Origin: Euprymna scolopes
Lineage: Eukaryota
Strand: one strand, 5' to 3'
Assembly (NCBI GenBank): GCA_053919585.1
Contig: CM132796.1
DNA: 64,000 bases
Within the stretch, counting starts at the first letter, position 1; every line of letters begins with the position of its first letter. Position numbers and translations under genes: made by a program. Shown here piece after piece: positions 11,037 through 24,945 of the stretch. Under the pieces are notes generated by a model, which ran no database searches, had not been told where the DNA came from, and saw only the letters and a program-made list of their open reading frames with translations.

Positions 11037-14000
11037 TGTAGGGGATTAAAAATTAGAGGACACCGGGGGAGGAGTAATCTGCCCCTGCTCTAATGCTGGT
11101 TGGTTTTTCCCTTTGGTCACGGGCAGACGTGTTGCGTTTTCCCTCTCAAGGAGAGGAGAACCTTCGTTCCACCACGAGGTGAGCTCTGAGAACTTTTTCC
11201 ACCAAGCGGTGAGTCTTATCGAACTGTCGCTATTGTATTGTGTTTTATTGTTGTTTAAATGTTTGTCAGTGTATAATAAATGTGTAAACGTAATTGGGCA
11301 ATTGTGTTTATTCATATATTTTTTGTTTAGTTAAAACTAACAAATTGGTGACTCAGAGAAAATATATATGTACACGCGCATGCATAATAATAAGTTCTGT
11401 TTAAAAAAAGGTAAAATAATATTTTTATGAACAATAAGAAAAAGTTAGGATGTAAATTTTATTTCTAGAATTCTAATTATTATTCCCTAAATAAAAATTC
11501 GTAGGGTAGCGTAATTAAGATAGCAACACGATTTTTCTTTTATTCTTTACATATTTTTGTCGATAGAATAAGGATAGAACTAGGGTTTTGTTTTAATCGT
11601 GCACAACAAATGCAACAAGTTTTTTTTTTCGAAACTAAATTATCTCTCATAGGAAAATTTCGTTCCTGAAACGGCTGTCGGTATTCCTGTCAAATTCGGC
11701 GCCTGATACAGGATTGGCTGATATGGGCGAGTACGTTGCGTTCTGTCTCTGTGCCCCTTACCCTCCGTGTTGTATTATTACTATTCCTTTCTTTTCATGC
11801 CCTGCTGCTAGAGACTGTTGTAGTTTCCAGTGCGGTAAAATAAATAAATAAATAAATAAATAAATATATTTTTTTAAATGGCGATAACTTGTAATGTTAA
11901 TGCCTCGTTAGTTCGCGATGACCCTGTTTTGTTTTTTGCTCAACTCGATTTATTTTTCAAACAAAAATCGATTGACAACCAGGCAGAGAAATTCTGTTAC
12001 GTCGCATCCATTTTACCTCAGGATAAAATTACTGAGGTAAGAGAGTTAATAATCTCTCCACTTACAGAAAAGCCGTACGATGTACTTAAGGAGAGGGTCA
12101 CGACTGCTGTGACTGCTTCCACACATAAGCGTATTTCGCAGTTGTTGGAACAAGAGATCCTGGGAGATAGCAAGCCGTCCCAATTTCTAAAACGGTTACA
12201 AAAATTAGCTGAAGGTGGAGGGCCAAAAACGGTTGGAAGCCCGTATGGACAGAATGGCGGAAGACATCGCCAGACTATCATTAAAACAGAAGCAGCGACA
12301 TGGCAGTAGAGGAGGTCGCAGCCAGTCCCGGAAACGCAAGCAAGAAGCTATTTCTTGGAAGCACAAGAGATTTGGCGAAAATACCAACTCTTGTATTCCC
12401 CCTTGCAACTATAAGGGACAGGAAAAAGCCTAAACTGACAGATGAGAGCGGCATCAACTGTCGGTGCATCCTGCTCTGGCCGTCTACTTTATGTTGTAGA
12501 TAAAAATACAGGCATCTCGTTTTTGGTGGACAGTGGGGCACAAGTTTCCCTTATCCCGGCAACATCAATGGACAAAAGGTCTCCTCTCTGTAAATTTATC
12601 ATGCGAGCTGTAAACGGTTCGATAATACGGACTTATGGGGAGAGGTGCATGGACCTTAACTTGGGTTTACGCAGATCGTTTATCCACGTTTTCATATTGG
12701 CTGACGTAAGCAGTGCTATACTGGGTACTAACTTTCTGCAAGCATTTGGCCTGGTAGTAGATATGTCAGGCCAGTGTCTCCGAGATCCAAGCACACAACT
12801 TACAGCATGTGGGGTGGTGGGGACTGGCACACCATTAGGTTCACAGGTAGCACATGCAGACCAGGACGAAGCCTTCCTGAGTCTGTTGAAGGAATATCCT
12901 TCAATATCGGTCCCCTCCTTTCACAAGGAAGTGTTACCACACACTGTAACTCATTACATTGAGACAAAAGGCCCACCCGTCCATTGCAAAGCCAGACGTT
13001 TAACACTTGAAAAAATAAAGGCTGCGAAAGCAGAATTTCAGCAGATGATGCAGCTTGGCATAGTTCGTCCTTCAAATAGCGAATGAGCCTCGCCTCTTCA
13101 TCTTGTTAGTAAGAGTCTAAATGCATGGCGGGCATGTGGGGACTAGCGAGCTTTAAATGCCGCTACGAAACCAGATAGGTACCCAGTACCACATATCCAA
13201 GATATAACAACAGTGGCCCAGAATAATAGAGTATTTACTAAATTAGACCTTATTCGGGCATACCACCAGATCCCTGTGGAGCCCGAACATATTCCCAAAA
13301 CGGCAATTACCACACCGTTTGGAATGTTTGAATTTTTGCGTATTCCATTTGGTTTACGCAACGCAGCTCAAATGTTCCAATGTTTTATAGACCAGGTTCT
13401 GCGAGACTTGCCATGTGTGTGTGCATACATAGATGACGTCCTCATTGCTAGCAGGAATAGGCAGGAACACATAGATCATGTGCACCAAGTATTCGATCGC
13501 CTGAACCAATATGGTGTTATTTTAAATTCATCGAAATATACTTTTGGTCAATCTGAGGTTATATTTTTGGGGCACCATATTTCAGAGAAGGGAATTTCTC
13601 CATCCCCAGAGACAGTCAAGTCCATCCGAAATTTCCCTATCCCTGCTACAATGAGACAGTTGCGGCAATTTTTAGGATTAGTTAACTTCTATCGTAGGTT
13701 TCTCCCTCATGTTTCCTAAGTACTTTTTCCATTGACAGGTATGCTGACAAATGTGAAGAACTGCAACATTACACTATCGAAGGAAGCAATAGCAGCATTC
13801 AACAAAGTAAAGGCCATGTTAGAAGACACTGCAAAGCTGTCCCACATTCAACCCGATAGTGAACTTTGCCTGGCAGTAGATGCATCTGCAACTGGAATTG
13901 GAGCGGTTCTGCAGCAAAAATGTAATGGGAACTGGCGACCTATTTCTTTCTTCTCCAGGGAATTGACTGACGCAGAAACACGCTATAGCACATTTTCCAG

Positions 14001-15910
14001 AGAGTTGTTGGCCTCGTTTTCCGCAATAAGACATTATTGGCAGCTCCTAGAGGGACAGCCATTCTACTTGGTGACTGACCACAAGCCTCTATTAGGCGAT
14101 CTGCAGTCCTCCTCAGACAAATACTCTCCCTGAGAGGTTCGTCAGTTTACGTCGGATGTCAGACACGTGAAGGGAGCTGACAATATACCAGCAGATACAC
14201 TGTCACGAGGAATAAACTCCTTCATATTGGGACCTTCGGTCGAAGCTAACATCTTAGCTATGGAGCAAGAAAAAGACGAGCACCTGCAGAAGCTTCTGCA
14301 GAATAATGGAACATCACTGCAGCTGGTGAAAATAGCACACCCCAACAGCCCTAGAAAAATAGTGTGTGATATCAGCACAAACAAACTGCGCTCATATGTT
14401 CCAGCATCCTTAAGGAAAGACATATTCAACGCAGTACACGGGTTATCACACCCAGGGGCCAATGCGTCGATACGTTTGATGACAGACAGGTATGTCTGGC
14501 CGAGGATGAAAGCAGATGTGGGAGAATGGACAAAGAAATGCGTGCAGTGTCAAAAGGCCAAGGTCGGTCGACATACACGTGCACCACTAGGCACATTTCC
14601 AGTACCTGATGAGAGGTTCAAGCACATACACCTCGACATCACCGGTCCATTTCCGACATGTGAAGGCCAATGCTATCTTTTGACATGTGTCGACAGATTT
14701 TCAAGGTGGTTTGAAGCCTTACCAATGCCGAATATGACAGCATACACAACAGCCAGAACTTTCCTCACAGGATGGGTAGTAAGATTTGGTGTCCCGGAAA
14801 ATGTGACAACTGACAGAGGTAGACAGTTCGAGTCCGAACTGTTTCATAAACTCTCAGGACTTTCGGGCACCAGAAGTATACACACGACAGCATACCATCC
14901 ACAAGCAAACGGAGCAGTCGAACATCTACATCGCAGCCTAAAGGCCTCTTTACGCGCAGTGCTTACCAGCAATACAAAGTAGGTAGAATACCTTCCTCTA
15001 ATTTTGCTGGGTTTGCGCACAGCAGTGAAGAAGGATATGAATTGCTCAGCAGCAGAAGCGCTGTATGGTACCACACTACGCCTGCCAGCACAATACTTTT
15101 GTGATACACCAAATAAAGTTTGGGACCCTGCATTATTTGTTGATAAACTGACAAGAACCATGGCCAAAATGGCATATTCTCCATCAGGAATAAACAAGTG
15201 CGCTAACACATATGTGCCAAAGGCACTAGAGACATGCACACATGTGTTTGTTCACGATACAGCTAGGTCGCATACCCTGCAACCACCGTATCGCGGACCT
15301 TTTAAAATCAACAAGAAAAACAAGAAGTATTTCAGCATCCTCATTAAGGACGAAGAACAAAAAATCTCAATTGACAGGTTGAAACTCGCAACACTCGAGG
15401 ATACATATTTAGAAGTAGATCCCTCACAAAGGATGCCAGTCGAAGTGACATTGGAAAAACGCCCTTATAAAAAAAACATGTTCGGGGAGACAGGTGAAAT
15501 GGCCTGCCCATTTAAGAGACTTTGTCTCTACATAAAAAAAACAAAAAAAGCAATCCTCTCACAACATTTAATTAAAAGTACTCCGTTTTTTTTTTGGGGG
15601 GGGGGTTGTAGGGGACTAAAAATTAGAGGACACCGGGGAGGAGTAATCTGCCCCTGCGCTAAGGGTGGTTGGTTTTTCCCTTTGGTCACGGGCAGATGTG
15701 TTGCCTTTCCCTCTCAAGGAGAGGAGAACCTTCGTTCCACCACGAGGTGAGCTCTGAGAACTTTTTCCACCAGTCGGTGAGTCTTACCGAACTGTCGCTA
15801 TTGTATTGTGTTTTATTGTTGTTTAAATGTTTGTCAGTGTATAATAAATGTGTAAACGTAATTGGGCAATTGTGTTTATTCATATATTTTTTGTTTAGTT
15901 AAAACTAACA
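11037..15910 (+). mobile_element. Gypsy element B, CsRn1-type, full length but pseudogenised
   Basis: LTRs 11037-11342 and 15607-15910; TSD AACC; PBS TGGTGAC at 11346 (tRNA-Trp-like); poly-G PPT. Gag with DP.LFFAQ and CHCC-like WKHKRFG..SCIPPC; PR VDSGA; RT YIDD; RH DAS; IN HHCC/DDE; GPF/Y motif PPYRGPF. Confidence 0.95.
11878..15480 (+). pseudogene. Element B gag-pol
   Basis: Consecutive ORFs 11878-12433, 12442-13086, 13213-13719, 13732-14133, 14167-14982 and 15004 onward; the pol pieces are separated by single stop codons. Confidence 0.92.
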
Positions 15911-15986
15911 AACCCACCTTCATACACTTATAGTTGAATGGACTTTCCACCCACGGCAGGAACTTTCTAATTTAATGGAGGGGGAA

Positions 15987-16178
15987 TGTTGTATTGTGTT
16001 TCGTATGGTTACGAAACTTCCCAATAGCACTCTCTCTGATGAAGCGCTAGCTCTGTATAATACTCCAGTAGTGTCCGCCATGTTACTTTAGTGTTGACGT
16101 CGGACCCGACGTATCTTTCTTTTGTGCTAATAAAAAACCTTATTTAAAGGGTATACAGTATTTGTTTTACTTACAACA
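15987..16178 (+). repeat. 3' LTR of element A
   Basis: Follows the PPT and is followed by TSD AAAAG. Confidence 0.95.
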
Positions 16179-16427
16179 AAAAGGTAACTTGTTTTTTCAC
16201 AAACTCTTATTATAACACTGTCCGGTAAGCAAATGGGTATGAACTCGCTATTGAAAATTATCATAAATATCTTCAATGTATAAGAAATCCCATTTTACAA
16301 TAAAATACGAAAGTAATCGTACACATGCGAATTCAACAAGTTTTAGGTAAAGTAGACTTTAACGCATAACACAATATTTAATTTTTTAAGAATTTGTCAC
16401 ATTGTTCGACTTATTTTCATGTAAAAT

Positions 16428-16430
<3 letters not shown>

Positions 16431-16482
<52 letters not shown>
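16431..16482. repeat. (AAT)n microsatellite
   Basis: About 17 perfect AAT units. Confidence 0.95.
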
Positions 16483-16484
<2 letters not shown>

Positions 16485-17223
16485 CCTCTTAATATTACAG
16501 GGGAGATGTTTCGTCGGGGATGCCTAATCATCTATCACCGTCTAGAAAACAAGGGAGATAATGCAATAATAAAATGTCTCCAGGAATATACCGAGTTACC
16601 ATGAACGAGCTATACGCATGTATTTTAATTAGAAAGAAAGGAGATTTAGTGTTCAGTGAGATTTGTCTACATTTACATATCAATGGTTTTGAGACTACCG
16701 AGCGTGCGTAATAATTGCAGGAAATAATAATAAAAAAAGAGTTTAACTAATTCGAATAGAAACCACGCTCTATCTCTTTGTCTTTATTTCTTCTCCCTCT
16801 TTTTTACGACGTTATTCCTTAAACACACACACAAAAACACACACACACAAAAAAAAAAAGAAAGAAAAAAAACAAAAAAAAAACGACATTTGTTTTAATT
16901 ACTAGCACGTCTCCGATCTAACGGAGAAATTGATAGTTTTGTGACAGTTCCCGGCTCAGAGCGCGAGTATGTTTCGAAGATTAAATGATAGCTGGGAATC
17001 TCACTATATTCGTAATTCCGGTAAACAAGAGGGACAATTCTCTCTCCACGCCTATTGCAGTTTTTCTGGATCAAATAGATTAAAGGAAGGTACTGGATCT
17101 GTTTTTATTTTCCTCATTATTGCATCTAATAAATAATAATAATTTTACCTATAATACGAACCAAATAGTTCGGCCCTGTTTTGAAATGATTTATTTTCTC
17201 AGCTCTGAGTTTCTGCGAACCTG

Positions 17224-17251
17224 CACTTCCGGTCACCATCTTGAAGTATGA
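17224..17251 (+). promoter_or_regulatory. Candidate promoter/first-exon end (ETS + YY1-like motif + splice donor)
   Basis: CACTTCCGGT-CACCATCTTGAA|GTATGA in a locally CpG-retaining region ~6 kb upstream of the ZNF ORF. Confidence 0.4.
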
Positions 17252-20200
17252 CTTCTGTCGGCCCACCGAGTCTTAATTTGAATAACATATCTTATAATCT
17301 TTTCTTTCTGAAATGCAGATAAAAATCGGATTATCGGGGGAAAAAAGTGAGTGTTACCTAAATTTACTTTGTTTAAAGTTTTTTTTTTTTTTTTACTATA
17401 AAGGCGCATTCGAACCGTTATGGTTCTATTTGTTTTAAACATGAGTGTCCAAAATAAGCCAACGTTCCAATTTTACATGTAAACAACGAACCCCTCGCTT
17501 TTTAATAAAACATCACACAAAAAATAAATATCAGATTTAATGAACTTTTCAGTGTCTATAAAAATAAATTATTTTTATAACGTATGTATTGTAAACCTAA
17601 AACTTTTTTTTGTTTTTTCTTTTTAATTTTACAACACATTTTTATGGACATTTTACGGCGCTGTTTTACAATTTGTCATTGTACAGAGGGAGACAATTGT
17701 GGTTTACTAAGAGATTCGTTAATTTTTTTCATCGCATAATTTAGGACGCTCGGTTTAGCGATATTTTTTATTTAATCAAAATATTTAAAAAAAAAAAAAA
17801 AGAAGGTGCGACGAATTTTTGTAAAATGTCACATCCTTTGTTCAGTGTTTTTGCGGCATATGAGTGTTTTCATCACTAAATTAATTTGGAACATCAGTTT
17901 GTCTAGTAATCATTGCTTTTTCTAGTTTTATGAATGTATTATTTTTATTATTTTCCCTTAAATTTGTGAGAAATTACATTTTAAAATATAAAAGACATCT
18001 TTATTTTTAGGTTCTAGTAGTTTGTTATTTAAATGTTAACTTAAAAAAAAGATAAATGAATAAAAATACGTATTTAAAATTAGTAATGATAAGAAATTTC
18101 AATATAATATCTTGTTTTAAATTAATTGGTATTAGATAGATTTTCAAAAGGTTACAACTTTTGTATTCTAAAAATCTAATACAACTAATAAATAATTATG
18201 ACTATAATTTTTATAATTATGTTTGGTTTAAATTAATGTAATCAATTCTTTTGATCTTACATTGATTTGCAAAGACTTACTACAAATAAATTAAAATTTG
18301 TATGATTATCAATACAGCTTTTTTTATTTCAATAGGTTTTCAAAGTAGGATTTCTCATCAAGAAAAGGTAATTTAAAATAGTACATTTCTTTTTGCGTTT
18401 TCTTTTTTTTTTGCTCAATATTCATGCCTTGTACTTAGGCGAGTATTTTCATTGATAAATTAATCTCTTACATCTGTTTATTATAGATTTGATGCATAAC
18501 CATGAGTTCACATGATATAACTAATTAATGGCTTTGATTTTTCTCTACATATCTTCTCTCCACTCGTCAGTGGTTTAGGAGGACGAGATTGAATAAAAAA
18601 GGGTATAAGAAACTTTAATTACAGGACAGTCACAATTACTCATAGAATCACAGTAAAAGTATGTGGAAAATCCAGACCAACAAACAAGGTGTGAATAATT
18701 GTGGACTTTAATGTTTTTGCAATGATAATAGAAATTTTGTTGTTTCATCTATTACATATGGTTAAGTATTGCAGTTAAATGGGCTGATAAACAGCAAAAC
18801 AAAATAAAATAAATACAATACGCAAAAGTTTAGCTAGAATTCGTCACTGTCAACTTTCTCTCTCAACTTCCAGCATGTCTTCTACCAACCATCTCTGCCA
18901 ACAGGCATTTTATTAGAAAACTGACTCCATTCTGTTTGCATACATGTGCAGTGGAAGATGAGATCTTGTGAGATTCCACGAGACTACACCTTATAAATCC
19001 ATGGCTGCCATCTTTAATCTCTCTCTCTCTCTTTCAGATCCCATCCGAAAGTAAGTTTTATAACAACACAATGCAAACACACGCGGGTGCTTTCTTCTTT
19101 GATCATTACATTCACCTCTACAAGTATGTAATATTAGGAAGCAGTATTACACTGCATATTATCCAAAAGATACTCCATTTCAGCTAATTTATCAAACTTA
19201 CTCCTTATTTTCATGCTTGTTTGTAAGAGGCATTAAAAACCAGACACCCAGAGTTCTAAGAAGTTTACATTAGATAGCTGCTTAATATGTTTACCGATGG
19301 TGTTTTCATTTTTGAAAGCTTATGCCTATTCTTTGGAAAACTATTTTAAGTAAAAGAGATCAGGAGACACTCAATTTGCCAAAAAATAAATTAGTACCAT
19401 CACTACACTGTAGCTTTACACTCCAAATTTGATATTGCTATTTGACAGAACTAAATTGGGACATTCTGTTCTTGAATGCAGCATGAGGAATATTGAAATG
19501 TCACTCCCTGTAGTCATATTAGATCGCCAAAATGAAAGGACTTACATAATTACTTATCCACTTCAAGTTTGATTTTACACTAATGACATTAACAATGTGT
19601 GGCTTGCATAATAGCACATTTTGGTAAGTAAATACAAAATTATTTATCATTAATTGCATTTAGCATTAAAATGAAACTGTGTGAAGTATGGTACACATTG
19701 CTTTTACCTTTTTCGCTGTTTTAAAAATTTGAACCTTATTAATCATATCAACTATATACAAGTTTGTCATGTTGTTTGACCCTAGATTAATAAACTACAT
19801 CAGTGAAAACACAAGCTATGCCACAAAATAAACTTCACAAGATCAATTAAATGTTTTGCAGAAAAAGAGGCTCCAGACAAAAAAAATAACAAAAAGCGAA
19901 AATGAGCCACATGACATTCTGCAGATTCAATCTGCACATGAAATCATTCTTCATGCCCCTAAATGTAAATTGACTTCAAGATTTCCTAACTGGTCAAGTA
20001 TAAAAACCAATATACAGAAGAGTTAGACAAGACAGAAAGGCATCACGTCTTAGATTTTAAGCAGAACAAATTCTCAAAGGAACATTAATGAGAAATACTA
20101 TTTAGTCCTCATTTTAATCTAAAATTACTTTATGACTCGTATTTCAACATGTGGTGTCTTTACAAGGTCCACATACAAAATTGAATTCAAATCAATACAT

Positions 20201-21884
20201 TTTATAACTGCCTCTAAGTTTTATAGATCCAGCTGAAGTAAATCATGTCAATTAAGATTGCATGATAAGAGCTGAGTTAATAATTTAGAAGTTAAAATGT
20301 TAAACACAGCAAATTCTCACTGAAGTGTTACTTTATAAGAAGTCTTACATCTGTTCTCAAATTTATGCAGAATTGGTTTATAGCTCATATTTCACCATTT
20401 TAAAACAGAAATAGCAATTTATTACAAAATAACTTGCTAGTATTTAATAAGATCTCATATAAGCATGCAAACTTCTATAATTTGTTAAATATTAAAATAC
20501 TTTTTAGTAAAATAAACTAATATTTTTACAGTTACACAGGGTATGTTCACATAATGTGGGACTGTTTTGGATTCTAAAATGTATTTATCATTTGGTGAAT
20601 AAAATTGCCTTTATTATTATTTTATTTTTTAAGTTCAGATTTTTATTACATATTTGTTAGTACATTGTTGCAATGCCACTTCTGTTTAAATAAATTTAAA
20701 TAGATGAATTTAAATTAATTTTTGTGTTATTGTAGATTACTATTCTCATCTTGAATGTGATGGATATTATTATTATTATTATTATTATTATATTTATGCC
20801 AAACTCAAGAATCTTTATTGAATTTTAAACTGAACTTTTTATGTAATTCATTTGGGGGATTGTTTTTGTTCTCTCTGCCATGTCTGAATAAAAGTTTTAA
20901 GCAAATTTTATTATTCTTATAGGTTGAATCCAAATTGTAGAAGATAAGTTGATAAATTAATCAGTTCTACATGAAAGTCATCTGTGGGTTGAAGGTTTAA
21001 TCTTCAATACAAATTTGCTTTTATTTGATGACTAATGCTGCTACTGGTGGTGGTATATAATTGCAACACAGGCTCTGTATCCATCTCCATTATCTTCAGC
21101 AATCGCTGTAGGACTAGTAATCTTCTCTGGTTTATTTTGACTTGACCTGACTGCCATAATGTCTAATAGCTATTCACAAACTTACTGGGTTGTGCTCACA
21201 TGGCCAATTTATTGTTTACATTGACATAAATCTCAGTGGGAGTCAGTTGCACACACAGACGGCTAACAAGTTTTCCAAAGAAAGAGAACACCTTTCCTAT
21301 GGTAATAGTGTTGGAGACTTCCATGATTTTGTTTCTAAAGTTAGAAATATTCCATGCAAAGCTGAACACACATGCTTAAAGTTTAAAAAAAGTTTGGCAA
21401 GGTTCTTCGAATATCAGTAAAAAAAATAGTTTTTTTTTAAATATTATCTGAAATAATATTTTAAATTTCTAAATGGCTATTATGAAAAATGGCATTTTAA
21501 TTTTATTAGTTAAAGATTCATGATTTTTATCTGTAAAAATGAAATCGATTCAATTTATTAATAGATCAGTATTGCAACATATTTTCACATTATATTTTGA
21601 ATCTAATCAATAACGAATTTGTGTACTTTTAAAAAAGAACATATATACATAATAGCTTTTATTTTGTATGTTACTCAACAAAGCTGAAACATATCTTTAC
21701 TTTTCCCCTTTCAAAAATAACAGTGTATCCAACATCTTAAAAATAATTGTATTTACATGATTAATATCATTTCTTGAAATGTATCTTTTATAATTTATTT
21801 TATATTTGCAGAATTTCCAGCAATCAAAGTAAAATCTTGGAGTGGAATTTACCTTCATAGCATTGAGAAATCATATTTTGTTAT

Positions 21885-22413
21885 GCATCTTGTCCTGCCT
21901 TGATAGAGTTCAAAATAGACTTCGTAGCCTCGTAGGAGATGTCCTTTTCTCCTCCTTGCAACCTCTATCTCACAGAAGAGATGTTGCGAGTTTGTCTCTG
22001 ACGTATCGTTATTTTCATGGAAAGTGTTCAACTGATTTCAATCTATGGTCCCCCCTCGCCAAACTTTCACAAGAAACACTCGTCTAGCTGTAAACACTAT
22101 CAATAATTTCCCCCACTCTTTATCTGTGCCTAAACCTAAACGTAGATTCCATGAACAAAGCTTCTTTCTTAGAACTGCACGCCTGTGGAATTGTCTTCCG
22201 TTTTCCTGCTTTCCGGCTGACTACAATATGGTTGTGTTCAAGTCTAAAGTAAATAAGTTCTTGATGAGCCGTTCCATATAAGTTATCAAATTTACCAAAT
22301 TTTCATTACTAATGATTACTATATTGACCAATTTCTACTGTACACTCTTTAACCCTTATCCTTGAGTGGCCTCTGGGCCTTGATAATGTGGTGACGCCTA
22401 TGTAAAAAAAAAA
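21885..22413 (+). mobile_element. CR1-group (Zenon/Crack-like) LINE 3' fragment with poly(A)
   Basis: LDRVQNR..SLQPLSHRRDVASLSLTYRYFHGKCS; SFFLRTARLWNCLP..FP..YN...FKSKVN; 3' UTR and A-tail. Confidence 0.85.
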
Positions 22414-22609
22414 GTGTATGTGCATTTCATTTCTTCTCAATTTTAAGAAGATTACCAACTGGAATACTTGTTATGTGGGGAGTGCATAAAAACCCTTTAA
22501 TAAATACAAAAGTTTGGATATCAAAATACTTGGATAAGAAAGCATCTTGCTTATGATGAAAACTGAAGTTGCTCTTATAAGAGTCTGAAAAAAAATGGTC
22601 AGTTATATA

Positions 22610-23082
22610 CAGGGTGGCCCACTTAAAAGTAGACCAATATATATATAATCAATTCTTTTTAGATTAGCTTCCTAATTTCTTAAAATCAGCATTTCCATTT
22701 TTTTAAATATGGTGTTTTCGCTGCAGCAAAGAATAGTGATTGTTGAAGCCTATCAGAACAATAAGCAAAGGGTTATGACTACTACGTCCCCCAGACTTGA
22801 TTTTTGTCCTTGGGGGACTTTAAAACAAAAAGTTTATGCAAATAATCCTTACAATCATGACCAACTAAAGGAGAACATTACCAACGCTATCAGGAGAATC
22901 ACCAGAGAAGTATCTGCAAACGTTAAACGTGTCCAAAAATGCATAGATGTCAATGGGGTACACTTTCAGTATATTTTATAACACTACGGGTAATTTAAAC
23001 GATGATGCAGGTAATTTAAACAATACTAGAATGTTCCTTGTCTCTACTACATTTCTGGGCTACTTTTAAGTGGGCCATCCTG
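22610..23082 (+). mobile_element. Internally deleted Tc1/mariner-superfamily DNA transposon
   Basis: 23-bp TIRs CAGGGTGGCCCACTTAAAAGTAG (1 mismatch); TA TSDs. ORF 22709-22981 joins a transposase N-terminus to the C-terminal SP..LDF.(L)WG.LK.KVY motif. Confidence 0.92.
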
Positions 23083-23229
23083 TAGAACAAATAATTTATA
23101 ATAGTCTAAATTTAAACATCATGATAATATTTTTATGTAGTGTTGAAATATCATTAAGATAATTTTTATCTAAATTACAAAAATATCAGCTATGTTTATC
23201 TTTAAAGAATCATTCCTACTAAAATTCAA

Positions 23230-23279
23230 ATATAGTAATCTGTGAAATTGACAATCTTATATTTCTCGTATATATATAT

Positions 23280-23314
<35 letters not shown>

Positions 23315-23385
23315 ATTTCTCGTATATATATGTGATTCATAATTCTATATAGTAATCTGTGAAATTGACAATCTTATATTTCTTG

Positions 23386-23420
<35 letters not shown>

Positions 23421-23440
23421 ATGTGATTCATAATTCTATT
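23230..23440. repeat. Local duplication with (TA)/(TG) microsatellites
   Basis: TATAGTAATCTGTGAAATTGACAATCTTATATTTCT...GTGATTCATAATTCTAT occurs twice just before the ZNF splice acceptor. Confidence 0.85.
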
Positions 23441-23463
23441 CAGTACTAGCAAAAAAAAAAGTT

Positions 23464-24945
23464 ATGGAAAAATACACTGAAACAAATTTAACTAACAAAA
23501 TCTTTAGTATTGCTACTTCACAAACAAATTTGGAATCTGATGCTGGAGAGAAACCATATCGTTCTGAAGAATCTGATTCGTCATTTTCAAAGAACAGTAT
23601 AAAACTACATAAGGAGACAAAGAGATTTGAGAAACCACATTCTTGTGAAGTTTGTGGCTCTTCTTTTACACATAAATCAAATATGTTAAAACATATGCGA
23701 ATACATACTGGAGAAAAACCATATTCTTGTGAAGTATGTGGTACTTCTTTTAAAATGAAACAACATATGGTGCAACACATGCGAACACATACTGGGGAAA
23801 AACCATATTCTTGTGAAATGTGTGATTCCTCATTTGCACAACAATCACACTTGATGCGGCATATACGAACACATACCAGAGAATACCAAACATCAAAATC
23901 CATTATGTTACCACGCAAGCGAATTCATACTCAAAAAATGCAATATACATGTGAAATATGTGACTCATCTTTTACAGATAAATCTAATATGGCGATTCAC
24001 ATGCAAAAACATACAGGAGAGAAACCATATTCTTGTGAATTGTGTGATTCATCTTTTACGTATAAATCCAATATGGTGAAGCACCTAAAGACACATACTG
24101 GAGATAAACCGTTTTCTTGTGAAATATGTGGCTCTTCTTTTATAGATAAATCCAGTATGGTGATGCATACCCGAACACATACTGGAGAGAAACCCTATTC
24201 TTGTGAAGTATGCGGCTCTTCTTTTACACAAAAATCCAATATGTTGCAGCATAAGCGGGCACACACTGAAGGAAAACCATATCCTTGTGAAGTATGTGGC
24301 TTTTCATTTTCACACAAATCTAATCTGTTGAAGCACATACGAACCCATACTGGAGAGAAGCCACATACCTGTGAAGTATGTGGTTCTTCTTTTTCAAACA
24401 AATCTAACATGTTGAAGCATATGATAACACACACTGGCGAGAAACCTTATTCTTGTGAAGTGTGTGGTACTTCTTTTACATTGAAACACCACTTGCTGCA
24501 GCACATGCGAACACATACAGGAGAGAAACCACATTCTTGTGAAATATGTAGCTCTTCTTTTACACAGAAAGCACACTTGCTGCGACACAGGAGAACACAT
24601 ACTGGAGAGAAACCATATTCTTGTGAATTGTGTAGCTCCTGTTTTACAGATAAATACAATATGGCTATTCATATGCGAACACATACTGGAGAGAAACCAT
24701 ATTCTTGTGAAATATGTGGCTCTTCATTTACTCAGAAATCAAGTATGTTGAAACATGTTCGGGCACATACAGGAGAGAAGCCATATTCTTGTGAAGTCTG
24801 TGGCTCTTCTTTTACAGCAAAGCAAAATATGCTGCAACATCTACGTACACATACGGGAGAAAAACCATATTCTTGTGAGGTCTGTGGCTCTTGTTTTTCA
24901 AACAAATCCAATATGACGAAACATAAAAGGATACATAGTTTATAG
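23464..24945 (+). CDS. Tandem C2H2 zinc-finger protein, 15 intact fingers, no effector domain seen
   Basis: 493-aa ORF of CxxC-x12-HxxxH units with HTGEKPY linkers; candidate acceptor TTCAG ending at 23443. Confidence 0.93.
   Translation: MEKYTETNLTNKIFSIATSQTNLESDAGEKPYRSEESDSSFSKNSIKLHKETKRFEKPHSCEVCGSSFTHKSNMLKHMRIHTGEKPYSCEVCGTSFKMKQHMVQHMRTHTGEKPYSCEMCDSSFAQQSHLMRHIRTHTREYQTSKSIMLPRKRIHTQKMQYTCEICDSSFTDKSNMAIHMQKHTGEKPYSCELCDSSFTYKSNMVKHLKTHTGDKPFSCEICGSSFIDKSSMVMHTRTHTGEKPYSCEVCGSSFTQKSNMLQHKRAHTEGKPYPCEVCGFSFSHKSNLLKHIRTHTGEKPHTCEVCGSSFSNKSNMLKHMITHTGEKPYSCEVCGTSFTLKHHLLQHMRTHTGEKPHSCEICSSSFTQKAHLLRHRRTHTGEKPYSCELCSSCFTDKYNMAIHMRTHTGEKPYSCEICGSSFTQKSSMLKHVRAHTGEKPYSCEVCGSSFTAKQNMLQHLRTHTGEKPYSCEVCGSCFSNKSNMTKHKRIHSL

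Larger units (their letters stand above)
4862..16178 (+). mobile_element. Gypsy LTR retrotransposon A (outer host element of the nest)
   Basis: LTRs 4862-5055 and 15987-16178 (TG...CA, about 7% diverged by eye); 5-bp TSD AAAAG (4857-4861/16179-16183); PPT GGAGGGGGAA before the 3' LTR. Gag from 5104 with two CCHC knuckles, protease LMDSGS, RT start, integrase core 10160-10830. Confidence 0.95.

Noticed and set aside
15480-15902. Possible env or extra ORF in element B
   Set aside because: Just integrase read-through into the PPT and LTR.
16030-16060. CTGATGA in the 3' LTR of A as a hammerhead core
   Set aside because: No downstream GAAA/UH or stems.
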